Positions 20,272 through 30,005 of a stretch of 64,000 nt of DNA are shown one piece after another. Source of the DNA: an uncultured delta proteobacterium (GTDB taxonomy: Bacteria; Desulfobacterota; Binatia; UBA9968); assembly GCA_963737905.1 (NCBI GenBank), contig CAVTUQ010000012.1:64001-128000 (forward strand), given 5' to 3'. Both the position numbers and the translations under genes were made by a program. A model generated the notes under the pieces. It was not told where the DNA came from, ran no database searches, and worked only from the letters and a program-made list of their open reading frames with translations. How positions within the stretch are numbered: the first letter of the stretch is position 1; every line of letters starts with the position of its first letter.

Positions 20272-20388
20272 CTCGCGCCAAGACGCCAAGAACGCCAAGT
20301 TCAGAAGTTTAATTTCTTTGCGCCCTTTGCGCCTTTGCGCGAAGTATTCCGAATTCTTTTTTTGTGTTCTTTGCGCGTTTTGCGGTTA
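20272..20388. repeat. Roughly 9-nt-period inverted tandem repeat (ACGCCAAG)n ... (CTTTGCGC)n
   Basis: Read directly from the sequence. Confidence 0.75.
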
Positions 20389-20455
20389 ATTCTCCGGTTC
20401 CGAATCGGTTTTGGTTACAGCTCTGCCGCGCTAGGCGAATAAGGAGCAAAAGGTA

Positions 20456-21598
20456 TTGGATTTTGGCCTAACGAAGGAACAGAAAATCTTGGTCGAACGG
20501 GTCGAACGGTTGGTGCAAGAGCGAATCGCGCCGCGTGCCGCTGAGTACGATCTTGCTTCGGAGGCGCCGGCGGAAGACATCCAGGATCTCCATCACGAGG
20601 GATGGCTGTTGGCCAATCTCGAAAAAAAACGCGGCGGGCTCGGTTTTGGTTTATATGGCGACGACCCGCTGGCTTTTTTTCTGCTCGACGAACACCTCGC
20701 CTATGGTAATCCATCAACAGCGCATTGCTTCCAGGTCCACAACAATGCCTTGATGATGATCGCTCAGGTGGGGACCGAAGAGCAGGTCGCCCGCTGGATC
20801 GAACCCACGGTCAAGCGCGGCGCCTTGCTCCCCGGTTGCGGCGCCGAACCCCAAGGAGTACCGCCCAGCAGGGCAACACGGGTCAAGGGCGGGTTTCTGG
20901 TAAACGGTATGAAGCATTATGCGACCAATGCAACCTTAGCCGAGTGGTTTTGGATCGGCAGCGTGGGATTCGAAGACCAACCGAGGGCGCTCATGTTCAT
21001 GGTGCACAGAGACACTTCCGGTTTGAAGATCGATGCCGAAGTCTGGCGTCCCATGGGGATGCGCGCTTGTGTGAGCCCATGGATCACTCTGGAGAACTGT
21101 TTTGTTCCTGAAGAAAACCTCTTGGGGAGGCCGGGGCAATTCCTCGGCGAAAATTGGCTGGGGAAGATCAATTTTGCGTTTACCGCAAACTATCTCGGCT
21201 CCGCGCGGGCGATCTACGATTGGGGGCTGGGGTATGTGCAGGAAAGAGGCGGGAGCAAAGATCCCTATCGGCAACTGCGCTTTGGCGAGATGAAGAGCTT
21301 GCTCGACGCTTCGCGGTTTCTTCTCTACGGCGCGGTGCGAATGTTCAAACAGGATCCTGATGCTGCCATGGTCGCGGCTCACGAAGCCAAGTGGATGGCG
21401 AAGGAAATGCTGGAGAAAGTGATGTGGAGCGTCGCTGCCGAAGTTTGCGGCTCGACATCGCTGTTTCAGAAACATCCGTTGGAACGATTTTACCGTGACA
21501 TGCATCTGCACATGCTACACGGCCGGCACGACATCGCCGCCCAGATCGTCGGCGCTTCCGAGTTGGGCGAGCCGTACGACATGAATCGAAATCATTAG
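20456..21598 (+). CDS. Acyl-CoA-dehydrogenase-fold flavoprotein (DszC/SfnB-like monooxygenase type)
   Basis: VNGMKHYATN, W.PMGMR and LERFYRDMHLHMLH motifs. TTG start after GGAG. Confidence 0.85.
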   Translation: MDFGLTKEQKILVERVERLVQERIAPRAAEYDLASEAPAEDIQDLHHEGWLLANLEKKRGGLGFGLYGDDPLAFFLLDEHLAYGNPSTAHCFQVHNNALMMIAQVGTEEQVARWIEPTVKRGALLPGCGAEPQGVPPSRATRVKGGFLVNGMKHYATNATLAEWFWIGSVGFEDQPRALMFMVHRDTSGLKIDAEVWRPMGMRACVSPWITLENCFVPEENLLGRPGQFLGENWLGKINFAFTANYLGSARAIYDWGLGYVQERGGSKDPYRQLRFGEMKSLLDASRFLLYGAVRMFKQDPDAAMVAAHEAKWMAKEMLEKVMWSVAAEVCGSTSLFQKHPLERFYRDMHLHMLHGRHDIAAQIVGASELGEPYDMNRNH

Positions 21599-21651
21599 CC
21601 AGGCTAGTGAAAAGACTCAAAGATTTAGTTGCACTGAATCGCTCGCTTCAT

Positions 21652-21765
21652 TTGGCTTATGGCGTATGGTTCAAAGCGATGGTTCAAAGGTCGAACTTTA
21701 AGCCGTAAGCTATCAGCCATATGGAAGTAGGTGCGGCTCGCTGCTGAGACAGTTTAGAGCCTGCC
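21652..21765. repeat. Composite (TATGGCT)n hairpin plus degenerate MITE end
   Basis: Homologous to 47925-48035: TAAGCTATCAGCCATATG core followed by a ...CTGAGA...GCCTGC tail. Confidence 0.75.
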
Positions 21766-21801
21766 ATCAGACCGTCAAGAACTGAAACGATACTCGCCAG
21801 T

Positions 21802-22774
21802 CTATTGCAGTTCCTTCATCGCCTGCCGGGCGAACGAAAAATCTCGCACTTCATCCAGCGGGCGCTTTTTCTCTCCCACCCGCGCAATGATCGCTTCGAT
21901 TTCAAGGTCGGTCATGATGCCGTCCCGGCTGAGAGTCTTGAGCTCCCCATCATAAGAATGCTCGGCGATATCGAGCGGCTGGGGTAGCCATTTGATCAAG
22001 GTTTGGATCGTGTCTTGTCTATTCTCCAAAATATAATGATGCGAGCGCAGCAAAGCCTTGAGCGTCCGTTTAACCAGCAGGGGATTTTCTTTGATCAAAC
22101 GGTCGGACGTTAGCATGCCCGCCGAGGGGAGACCAACTTCCGGCGGTCCGGCCAACGCGGGATAGCCCATTTTGCGAAGCATCAAATCATGGGGCGGCGC
22201 CACTGAAATCGCATCGACCGCGCCGCTCACCAACGCCTGCATCCTGACCGGCCCGTCGCCGATGGCCACTGCTTGAAGCTGGTTTGGATTGAAACCCTTG
22301 GCCTGCAGCATCTCCTCGGCCACCAACTGATCCGTGCCTTTGATCGTGGCCACGCCGAGCTTCTTGCCCTTTCAATTGCTGAACTTCTTTGATGTCGGGC
22401 CGCACCATGACATAGTAGGGGCCCTTTTTGAGATGGATAAGCACGAGCTTCATCGGAAAGCCCTGGAGGATGCCGCGAAACGTGCTGGTAAACGGCGTGG
22501 CGAAGGAGACATCGCCGTTGACGACCGCCGTTGCCCCGAGGCGAGGATTCATCTGAATGATCTCGACCTCCAGCCCTTCGGCTTTGAAGTAACCTTTTTG
22601 CAACGCCATATAGAGCGGCATGGCCGAGCTGCTGCGGCTCGCGTAAGCGATACGCACTCGCTGCGGTGCGTCGGCGCTCCATCCTTCATTGCCTGCGCCG
22701 GGCAAAGTCCCGGTACAAAAAAGCAACCCCAGAAAATAAAGCGCTAGTTTTCCTGTATTCATTTGTCTCGCCAC
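21802..22774 (-). pseudogene. NitT/TauT-type ABC substrate-binding protein, one frameshift near 22370 (likely sequencing indel)
   Basis: ORFs 22187-22774 (signal peptide, KGYFKAEGLEVE) and 21802-22353 join at LKG|KKLGVAT. Confidence 0.8.
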
Positions 22775-22812
22775 CTTTATCGAACGCCCTTTTCCTTTTC
22801 GCTTCCCCCAAC

Positions 22813-23904
22813 TTAAATCGCGTAAAACTTCCGCGGATTATCGTAGAGAAGTTTCTGTCTCAGCTGCGGCGAAATATCCTCCCGAACGTTGATCGCATTG
22901 ACAAACTGGTCTTCTCGGGATGGATCGCTGTGCGGATAGTCCGAGCCGATGAGCAAATGATCCTCGCCGGTGTATTTGGCAATGTAGGGAATGTCTTCGT
23001 CCGCTTCGCAAGCGATGTAGAGCCGGTACTCGTGGAACAGATCAGCGCTCGTGCCATACCGCCATTTCTCTTTCAGGAGCCGGCGCAAGATATGGATCAG
23101 AAACGGCGTCCAGCCGGCCGCCGCTTCGATGAAGCCGAAGCGCAGTCCGGGAAACTTTTCAGGGATTTTATTGGCGACGATGTCGCGAAAAGCCAACAGC
23201 GGCATCACCCGCGTATGCCCGAAGGTGTGATTGCGCGAGATGTCGAACATCTCGAGTATCTCCTTCACGCCGCAGCCGGTGTGAACGCAGATAGATAGGT
23301 TTTGTTTTTGCGCTTCTTCGTAGATTGGAAACAGATAGGGATGATCCAGAGTGTGCTCTCCTTCGATGCCGCGAAAAAAAACTCCCACCGCGCCGTTCTG
23401 TTGTGCGAAACGGATTTCATCAATGGCGTCCTTCATGGACTGAAACGGCAATACCACCACCCACTTGATCTGCTCCGGCGCCGCGGCCCATGCGGCGGCG
23501 AGAAATCGGTTATAAGCGCGGCAGAGTGCGAGCTCCAGCCCGGCATCGTTGGTGTTGTAGACCAGGAACAGGGTCGGATAGACGATTTGCACGGCTGTGT
23601 TCAGCTTGTCCATATCCGCGAGACGGTTCTTGATATCTGTCATCTCCCGCGTGCCGACGGTGGAATCTCGGCGGCCGGCCTGGACGCTTTGCGCCGAGGG
23701 CGTGACCAGGGCGAAACTCCCCTTACCTGCAGGCTTCGGATAGATCTCACCGTCGATCAGCCAGAAAGCGTCGCGGTTGCCATACCAGGTATCGCTGGGA
23801 ACCTTCAGCATGATGGGCCGGCGCGGCAGAAAATCCGGCTCCAACATCTTCCACATCGCCTCGCCTTCCGAAATATGAGTATCGGCGTCGATAATACCGT
23901 TCAT
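22813..23904 (-). CDS. Amidohydrolase family 2 (ACMSD/LigW-like)
   Basis: IIDADTH, VHTG, FIEAAAGW, GSDYPH and DNPRKFY motifs. Confidence 0.92.
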   Translation of the reverse strand: MNGIIDADTHISEGEAMWKMLEPDFLPRRPIMLKVPSDTWYGNRDAFWLIDGEIYPKPAGKGSFALVTPSAQSVQAGRRDSTVGTREMTDIKNRLADMDKLNTAVQIVYPTLFLVYNTNDAGLELALCRAYNRFLAAAWAAAPEQIKWVVVLPFQSMKDAIDEIRFAQQNGAVGVFFRGIEGEHTLDHPYLFPIYEEAQKQNLSICVHTGCGVKEILEMFDISRNHTFGHTRVMPLLAFRDIVANKIPEKFPGLRFGFIEAAAGWTPFLIHILRRLLKEKWRYGTSADLFHEYRLYIACEADEDIPYIAKYTGEDHLLIGSDYPHSDPSREDQFVNAINVREDISPQLRQKLLYDNPRKFYAI

Positions 23905-23952
23905 GATTAGCCTCCTTTTGCGTTAAAGAAAATTATGACTTCGTATGCTCGA

Positions 23953-25107
23953 TCATTCAAATCGGAACGGTGGAAGCTCGTATAGCAAATAGCCCATAAC
24001 GCGATAGTTGGTTTCTCGCTCCCGCGACACCGGTACTTGCACCCCTAGGGCAATCGCCCAGTTCCCTGCCAAGGTGAGTCCTTTGCGAAGGGCGGGTGTC
24101 AGGTAGAATTGAAAATGCTTCGCGTTTTGATTGCCCCACTCGCTCTTACCGTTGAATTCCAAAAGCGCTTGCGCCTCTGTTCCTCTGCCTCGATCAAAAA
24201 TAGGATAGGATAACGCCAGATTATAGAATACACTCTTGGGCGCCCGGCGCGTGACAAAGGGATATTCGAACTTTAAACTTCCCTGGCTGACAAACTCTCC
24301 CCACGCTTTTCCGCTTGCCAGGAAAGGTGAAAGAGTTGTTGTCCCTTCTCCTAACTCGCGGCGGAAGCTGCCTGTCGGTATACCGACTTCAAGTCCGCCG
24401 CTCAGAATAAAAAGAGTTTCCGGGTTGTCGTAGAGAACATATTTTGCCCCAGCCTCGATGTCTCCGACGCCTCCAACCGTCGCCCCGTTTTTCGGATCTC
24501 TGACGTTAAAAGGAATATTCAGCTCAATCTGACCGCGGGATCCGATACGTTTCTCGAAGCTCCATATGAACTGAGTGTTTCGCTGTTTATCGGGGGTTCT
24601 GCCGAAATTCCAGCTCAAGACGACCTCGTTTTCAGGATAGGCCTTTTCGGTTACAAGTGGCCTGGGAAAATTGAGATCGCCCGTTGGCCAATCTTCGGTG
24701 CAGAATGTTCTAACGTAAGCGAGTGCTAAATTGATCTGTTGTTCCGTCAGCGCCTCACGAAAAGAAGGCATCTGCTCAGAACGTCCCGCTGCCGGTCCGC
24801 CTTCGGCAACAACAAGAGCCCAGTCTCGGTCACTTTCTTCTGAATTGAATGCGCACCAGGTGAAGTCTGGGAGCTCAGCGGCGACGCCTAGGCCGGCGAC
24901 CTTTCCCTTGCCATCGTCGCCGTGGCAAGAAGCACACGCGTCCGCATAAAGTTGCTTCGCTTCTTCCCAATCCTTACCCATCAGGCGTGTTGCTCCCCAT
25001 CCTATGGAAGTCCCGAGCAGGAAAAGACCTAGTCCAACAAAGATGAGACTGACTCGGTTCAATGCTTCCATTAAACGGTGCCTATGCACAGTCTGAAAAT
25101 CCGTCAA
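23953..25107 (-). CDS. Monoheme cytochrome c fused to a COG4313/MetA-pathway-type outer-membrane beta-barrel
   Basis: Signal peptide, CASCHG, distal MPSF, then GVGDIEAGAKY, IPTG and alternating beta-strands to a C-terminal FRFE. Start 25107 (TTG) or 25071. Confidence 0.75.
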   Translation of the reverse strand: MTDFQTVHRHRLMEALNRVSLIFVGLGLFLLGTSIGWGATRLMGKDWEEAKQLYADACASCHGDDGKGKVAGLGVAAELPDFTWCAFNSEESDRDWALVVAEGGPAAGRSEQMPSFREALTEQQINLALAYVRTFCTEDWPTGDLNFPRPLVTEKAYPENEVVLSWNFGRTPDKQRNTQFIWSFEKRIGSRGQIELNIPFNVRDPKNGATVGGVGDIEAGAKYVLYDNPETLFILSGGLEVGIPTGSFRRELGEGTTTLSPFLASGKAWGEFVSQGSLKFEYPFVTRRAPKSVFYNLALSYPIFDRGRGTEAQALLEFNGKSEWGNQNAKHFQFYLTPALRKGLTLAGNWAIALGVQVPVSRERETNYRVMGYLLYELPPFRFE

Positions 25108-25971
25108 AACAATTTATGCTCCACAGAGAAATAGAAAAACCCCGCGAGATTGTTAACCTGCCGGTTAAGACCGATGGGTACCCCGGCACCGACCACGATT
25201 TGCAAATCTTTTTCGTTGACAACCGCCGCGCGGAATCCAGGGGATAGGAGGGGATTGAAGGTATGCACCGCCCTGCCGGTGCCATTGATGTTGTCTTGGA
25301 TGACACCAAGCCACTCCAACATCAAATGGAGTCGGGGTAAGAGGGCATAGATGGCGCTGCCTCCGACCCAGGGCGAGACCAGCGATCGCTTCGGCGAAAG
25401 TTGCCCGTCGTTCATGGGAGACCGGACGTGGGGCAGATAAGTGACACCGAAGTTGGCGTGCAAAGCGAGCCGGGACGTAACTTTCTTGCTAAAAGGGCAG
25501 ATTCCACTGGTAACCGACAACACCGTTGCCGGTGCCTTTATCACGGTTGCCGGTCGGGAGAATCAAGCTAAATCTCGGCGCGAACGCAGGCTTGCCGGGC
25601 CCTTCTTCGAGCGCTTGATAGCGGTAATTTAGAAGGATATCGCCGATTCCGTATTGGCGTTCTCCTTCATTGATCAGGTGATAGGACAGCACGGTGTAAG
25701 AAAATTGGTGATCCTGCCCATAGATCGGCCATTCCTGAGTGAAGGCAAAGGCCCAACCGCGCTGCCTTGGGTCATTGCTATAGACCGCCTGAAATATATG
25801 CTGCACCACGCCGGGCTCTTGATTGTAGGCTTCTTCGATCAAAAAACTGTTGTCTTCGATGACTTCGATCGGCTCTTGCTGGGCCGACACCATTGTCCTA
25901 AAACGAGCGATCAGAAAAACTGCCATGACGCAGACTTTGACGATCTTTCTTGCGCTCATCGTTTCCCGCAT
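25104..25971 (-). pseudogene. COG4313/MetA-pathway-type outer-membrane channel, frameshift near 25495 (likely sequencing indel)
   Basis: DNSFLIEEAYNQEPGVVQH, GIGDILLNYRY and LPTG motifs. ORFs 25489-25971 and 25104-25544 join at NLPF|SKK; ends in EHKLF. Confidence 0.78.
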
Positions 25972-25993
25972 TCTATTGATCGCATCACCGGTT

Positions 25994-26938
25994 TCAGGGA
26001 ATGAACCGCAGATCCAATAGCTGTTGCACCGTCATACTTTTGGCTTTGGGATTTTCTTTTGCTGCGGCATCGAGCACGACCTCCATGCCCTTCAACGTCG
26101 GTTTGCCGTCGTCTGGCGTGGCGCGCAACGAGCCCTCATATACGACCTCGGCCATTTGCTGCTCCGGCAGTTTGCTAAGCGCCATGATTTTCTTCACAGC
26201 TTCCGCTCGGTGAGTTTTGTAATACCGAACCGCTTCCACGTAAGCTTTCATGAAAGCTCTCACTGTTTGCGGCTGAGTTTCCAAATAATCCTCTCGCGCG
26301 ACAAAGTTTACATGGGGAAACTCGATGCCTTTTTCGATAAAATCAAGGAGCACGCCAAAACCCAGTTTCTGTGCCACCAGGGCTTCCTCGGGGCTTAAAA
26401 CCGTGGCCTGAATCGCCCCTGATTGCAGGGCCACCAGACGCGCTTGTGAGCCACCCACTTGGATGATCTGCACATCGTTGGGCGTCAATGCGAATTGGTT
26501 TAGCGCCAGTCGAACAACGTAGTCTGTGTTGCTGCCGAAGCGACTGATGCCGATCTTCTTTCCTTTGACCTGCTCGGCGCTTCGGATCCCCGAGGTTACA
26601 ACGAACGTATAGGGGAGGAGATTGGTCACGCCAGCGATGATCTTGATCTTGGCTCCTTGCAGAGAAGCGTTTACAACCGGTGGCCCACCCGTCATTAACA
26701 GATCTAGACTTTTCCCGATCAGGGCCTGCAATGACAGTGACCCGCCCGGAATGAATATCAGCTCTAGATTCAATCCCTGCTTCTTGAAGATCCCAGTCTC
26801 TTGACCGAGGTAGAGCGGCGCGACACCGCCAAAACCATTGAACGCGATGCGCACCGGTGTCTGCGCGGATACTCCGACAGGAACCACCAGACAGCAGAGC
26901 CACAGAAAGAGGAATTGGAACAGTCTCTGAATGTTCAT
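25994..26938 (-). CDS. NitT/TauT-type ABC substrate-binding protein
   Basis: Signal peptide, GIFKKQGL, KGKKIGISRFGS and LQSGAIQATVL motifs. Confidence 0.9.
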   Translation of the reverse strand: MNIQRLFQFLFLWLCCLVVPVGVSAQTPVRIAFNGFGGVAPLYLGQETGIFKKQGLNLELIFIPGGSLSLQALIGKSLDLLMTGGPPVVNASLQGAKIKIIAGVTNLLPYTFVVTSGIRSAEQVKGKKIGISRFGSNTDYVVRLALNQFALTPNDVQIIQVGGSQARLVALQSGAIQATVLSPEEALVAQKLGFGVLLDFIEKGIEFPHVNFVAREDYLETQPQTVRAFMKAYVEAVRYYKTHRAEAVKKIMALSKLPEQQMAEVVYEGSLRATPDDGKPTLKGMEVVLDAAAKENPKAKSMTVQQLLDLRFIP

Positions 26939-26964
26939 CTCACTCGTTTTCGATCTCCCCACCG

Positions 26965-27000
26965 GTTTGAACGTCTTGAACTCTTGGAACGACTTGAACA
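26965..27000 (+). repeat. 9-nt-period (TTGAACNNN)n tandem repeat
   Basis: tttgaacgt cttgaactc ttggaacga cttgaac. Similar tracts at 28860-28882, 36813-36855 and 45294-45320. Confidence 0.65.
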
Positions 27001-27012
27001 ATTTTCGCTTCG

Positions 27013-28068
27013 CTAGTTCCATAGCGAAATCCCCATTCGGAGTTTCCCATGCTCGAGATCCGCCAATGCCTCATTGATTTCATCGTATCGGTACGTTTTC
27101 GTGATCAGGCTCTTGAGTTCGATCCTGCCCGCCGTCGCCATCCCGAACACTTCCTCGACATCATGGGCTTGCCGGCTCGATACGCCTGTGATGGTGATCT
27201 CGCTGGTCACGAAACGGCCGCTGCTGATGGTGAAAGGGCCGTTGCCTAGACCGCCGATAATCGTTGCGGTGCCGCCCGGTCGCGTGGCTTGGATGATCTG
27301 ATCGGAGGTTTTCGGATTGCCGATGGCTTCGAATGCCTTGTCGACCCCGCCGTCGGTGAGGTTTCTAGTTGCCTGCACCGGATCCACCGTGGAAGCATTA
27401 ATAACATGCGTGGCGCCGAATTTCTTGGCGGCTTCCAGCTTGTCGTCGACGATGTCCACGGCGATGATGGGATACGCGCCGAAGCAGCGCAGGAATTGAA
27501 TCGTGTTAAGACCGATACCGCCGCAGCCGATGACCAGGGCTGAATCTCCCGGCTCCAGCCGCGCGCGATGCTTCACCGCGTTATAGGCCGTCGTTACGCG
27601 GCAGCCGACGATGCTGGCTTCCTCCATGGGCATTCCATTTGGAATCCGAAACGCCATATATCCCGGCACTGAAACATACTCGGCAAAGCCGCCGACATTC
27701 CAGCGGGTAACCGCGGTGCCGTCGGGTTTTCTTAGCGCCGGCGGGACAGGGCGCCTTTCACAGAGATTTTCCCGCGCCGTCAGGCAATAGCGGCAGCGGC
27801 CGCACTTGTAGCGCATGCCGATGATCACCCGGTCTCCCACTTTGAAGTCTTGGCATCTTGCCCCCGCTTCCTGGATGGTTCCCGCGACCTCGTGTCCTAG
27901 AATGGTCGGCGGGATGAAGCGGTTTCTTCCCTCGACGACTTTTAGATCGGTGTGACATACGCCGCAGGCCGCAACTTTGATCAGGACATCTTCGTCGCCG
28001 ACATCAGGCATCTCCAGCTCTTCGATCTGTAAGGGCTGGCGGGCTTCAAGTAACACTGCGGCTTTCAT
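27013..28068 (-). CDS. Zn-dependent alcohol dehydrogenase (MDR)
   Basis: CGVCHTD, GHE, CGRCRYC...C and GCGGIG motifs. Confidence 0.95.
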   Translation of the reverse strand: MKAAVLLEARQPLQIEELEMPDVGDEDVLIKVAACGVCHTDLKVVEGRNRFIPPTILGHEVAGTIQEAGARCQDFKVGDRVIIGMRYKCGRCRYCLTARENLCERRPVPPALRKPDGTAVTRWNVGGFAEYVSVPGYMAFRIPNGMPMEEASIVGCRVTTAYNAVKHRARLEPGDSALVIGCGGIGLNTIQFLRCFGAYPIIAVDIVDDKLEAAKKFGATHVINASTVDPVQATRNLTDGGVDKAFEAIGNPKTSDQIIQATRPGGTATIIGGLGNGPFTISSGRFVTSEITITGVSSRQAHDVEEVFGMATAGRIELKSLITKTYRYDEINEALADLEHGKLRMGISLWN

Positions 28069-28191
28069 AAAAGCTCCTTTCAGTCTTCAGCTAGTCACAG
28101 GAAGTTTAACTACGCTACCTGAAGGTTGGTCGTCAAGGGACGAATGACATCTTGACAGGGTGGAACGCACGGCGATACCGTGTCCCAAGAA

Positions 28192-28218
28192 AGATTCCTC
28201 GCTTTGCTCGGAATGACA
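28192..28218 (-). repeat. REP-like hairpin with GTCATT foot
   Basis: Minus strand TGTCATTCCGAGCAAAGCGAGGAATCT; related copy at 33366-33390. Confidence 0.6.
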
Positions 28219-28289
28219 TTGGATTGTTTTTTCATCTCGAACGAATGGAGGATCCTGCGTTAAAATTCCGATCCCAGGGGAGAACCGAT

Positions 28290-28832
28290 ATGCCGAATAA
28301 ACCGATACCCCAAGAGGTGACCGTCGATCCAAAGACAACTGCGCTCTTGGTTTTGGATCTTAATTGCCGTTGTGAGAACCCGGAGGAGCCTTGTTTTAAG
28401 CTAATCGACCCCGTGGCGAAGTTTTTGGACCGCGCACGGCAAGCCAACATGTTTATCGTGTATACCGCCGCGGATCGTTACAAAGGCACGGCGGAGGCGA
28501 GAATGCCGCATGCATTCAAACAACGAGACGACGAGCCGGTCATTTTTCCGCCCGCCTTCGATAAATTTTACAGCGGCGAGCTGCAGCCGATGTTACAAAA
28601 ACGCGGCATCAAGACGGTGATCGTTTGCGGCGCTTCGAGCAACCAGGCGGTTATGTATACCGCCACCGCCGCCGTGCGGCCCTTCGGCTACGATTGCGTG
28701 ATTCCGGTTGACGGACTCATCGCCCGCGGCGATTACGAACATGAATTCACCTTGCATCAGTTCACGATCCTGCCCGGCGGCGCCGCGCAAAAATTCAAGA
28801 TCACACAATTCGACAAGATCAAGATTGCCTGA
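28290..28832 (+). CDS. Isochorismatase/cysteine-hydrolase-fold protein, catalytic Cys absent
   Basis: TALLVLD and L..RGIKTVIVCG motifs. NQAV occupies the position of xxCV. Confidence 0.82.
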   Translation: MPNKPIPQEVTVDPKTTALLVLDLNCRCENPEEPCFKLIDPVAKFLDRARQANMFIVYTAADRYKGTAEARMPHAFKQRDDEPVIFPPAFDKFYSGELQPMLQKRGIKTVIVCGASSNQAVMYTATAAVRPFGYDCVIPVDGLIARGDYEHEFTLHQFTILPGGAAQKFKITQFDKIKIA

Positions 28833-28890
28833 CGATTAGCCGCGGCTCGGTGCCTCCTAAACGCTTTGAACGTTTTGAACGCGCAAAATA

Positions 28891-29904
28891 CTAGTGCGGA
28901 TAGAGTTCCTTGAAAAATCCTTCTTTGGCAAGCTGTTCCAGCGGCGCGGGATCGTAGAACTGTCGCGCATCGACTCCTTTGGCTTTGGGATTGCGCGTCG
29001 CGATGTCTTCCATGACCGCTTCCATTTCCGGGAGCGTGACCGTCGGCACGTCGCGAATGTAACCGAGCACGTAGCTCTTAAATGCGCTCGCCAGCAACTT
29101 GGTATCCGTGTTCCGCGTATATTGCCCCAGAACACGAACGGTAAAGTCGGGGTTGGCTTTTGCGTACTTGATTCCTTCAAGTGTTGCCTTGAGAAAACGA
29201 TTGAGCGTCTGCGGCCGGTTTCGAATGAACGCGTCCGTGGTTACCAGCGCAGTTCCTGGATAGCGGTATTTGAGATTCGCTAGATTCATGAATTCTTTAT
29301 AGCCTAGCTCCTTCGCCCGCTCCAAAGTCGGCGAGGAGATGAGCGCACCTTTTATGAGCCCTTGCTGCAGGAAGAGGAGATTTTCCGGTACGCCACCGGT
29401 TTGAATCATTTTGATGTCTTTGTTTGGATCGAGCCCCAGTTCGCTGACGGCCCTTCTTAATCCCAAGTCGGTCAACGATCCAAAGCGACTCACACCAAAG
29501 GTCTTACCTTTTAAATCTTGAGCGGTCGCCATATCAGACGTCGTCACCAAACTCATGGGGATGACGTTGATCGTTGTAGCTATCACGGTTAAATCGGAGC
29601 CAGATAGGCGCGAGAGAGCGGCGGCGGCGCCGGAGCCTTGCACGATTTGGGTGTCGCCGGAAATGAGGGTCGTTATCGCTTGCGCGCCCGCAACATAGAT
29701 GATGTTTACGTCGAGGCCATACTTCTTGTAGATCCCGGCCTCTTTCGGTACCCAGGTGGTAATCGAGGTCGCCGCGATGGAGGAATAGCAAACGTTGATT
29801 TTGTCGGGCTCGGCGGCGTCAACAAAGTGATTCACGCCGGTCAATAAAAGACCCAAACCAAATCCTAGAACCAGCGTGGCCGTTGATGTCTCACGGAGCT
29901 TCAT
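28891..29904 (-). CDS. NitT/TauT-type ABC substrate-binding protein
   Basis: Signal peptide, AGIYKKYGLDV and LKGKTFGVSRFGS motifs. Confidence 0.9.
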   Translation of the reverse strand: MKLRETSTATLVLGFGLGLLLTGVNHFVDAAEPDKINVCYSSIAATSITTWVPKEAGIYKKYGLDVNIIYVAGAQAITTLISGDTQIVQGSGAAAALSRLSGSDLTVIATTINVIPMSLVTTSDMATAQDLKGKTFGVSRFGSLTDLGLRRAVSELGLDPNKDIKMIQTGGVPENLLFLQQGLIKGALISSPTLERAKELGYKEFMNLANLKYRYPGTALVTTDAFIRNRPQTLNRFLKATLEGIKYAKANPDFTVRVLGQYTRNTDTKLLASAFKSYVLGYIRDVPTVTLPEMEAVMEDIATRNPKAKGVDARQFYDPAPLEQLAKEGFFKELYPH

Positions 29905-30005
29905 CGAACGTACCCTCCATTGTCGATTACCTTAGACAGCGTCTCTTGCTTCAACGCATTGCTGGTGACAGTAGTGGGTCAGTTTAAGGATCCACTACGT
30001 AAATC

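Noticed and set aside
23953-25107. Calling the cytochrome-barrel fusion Cyc2
   Set aside because: It lacks the PxFAR motif before CxxCH, and the barrel motifs are COG4313-like. The similarity is architectural only.
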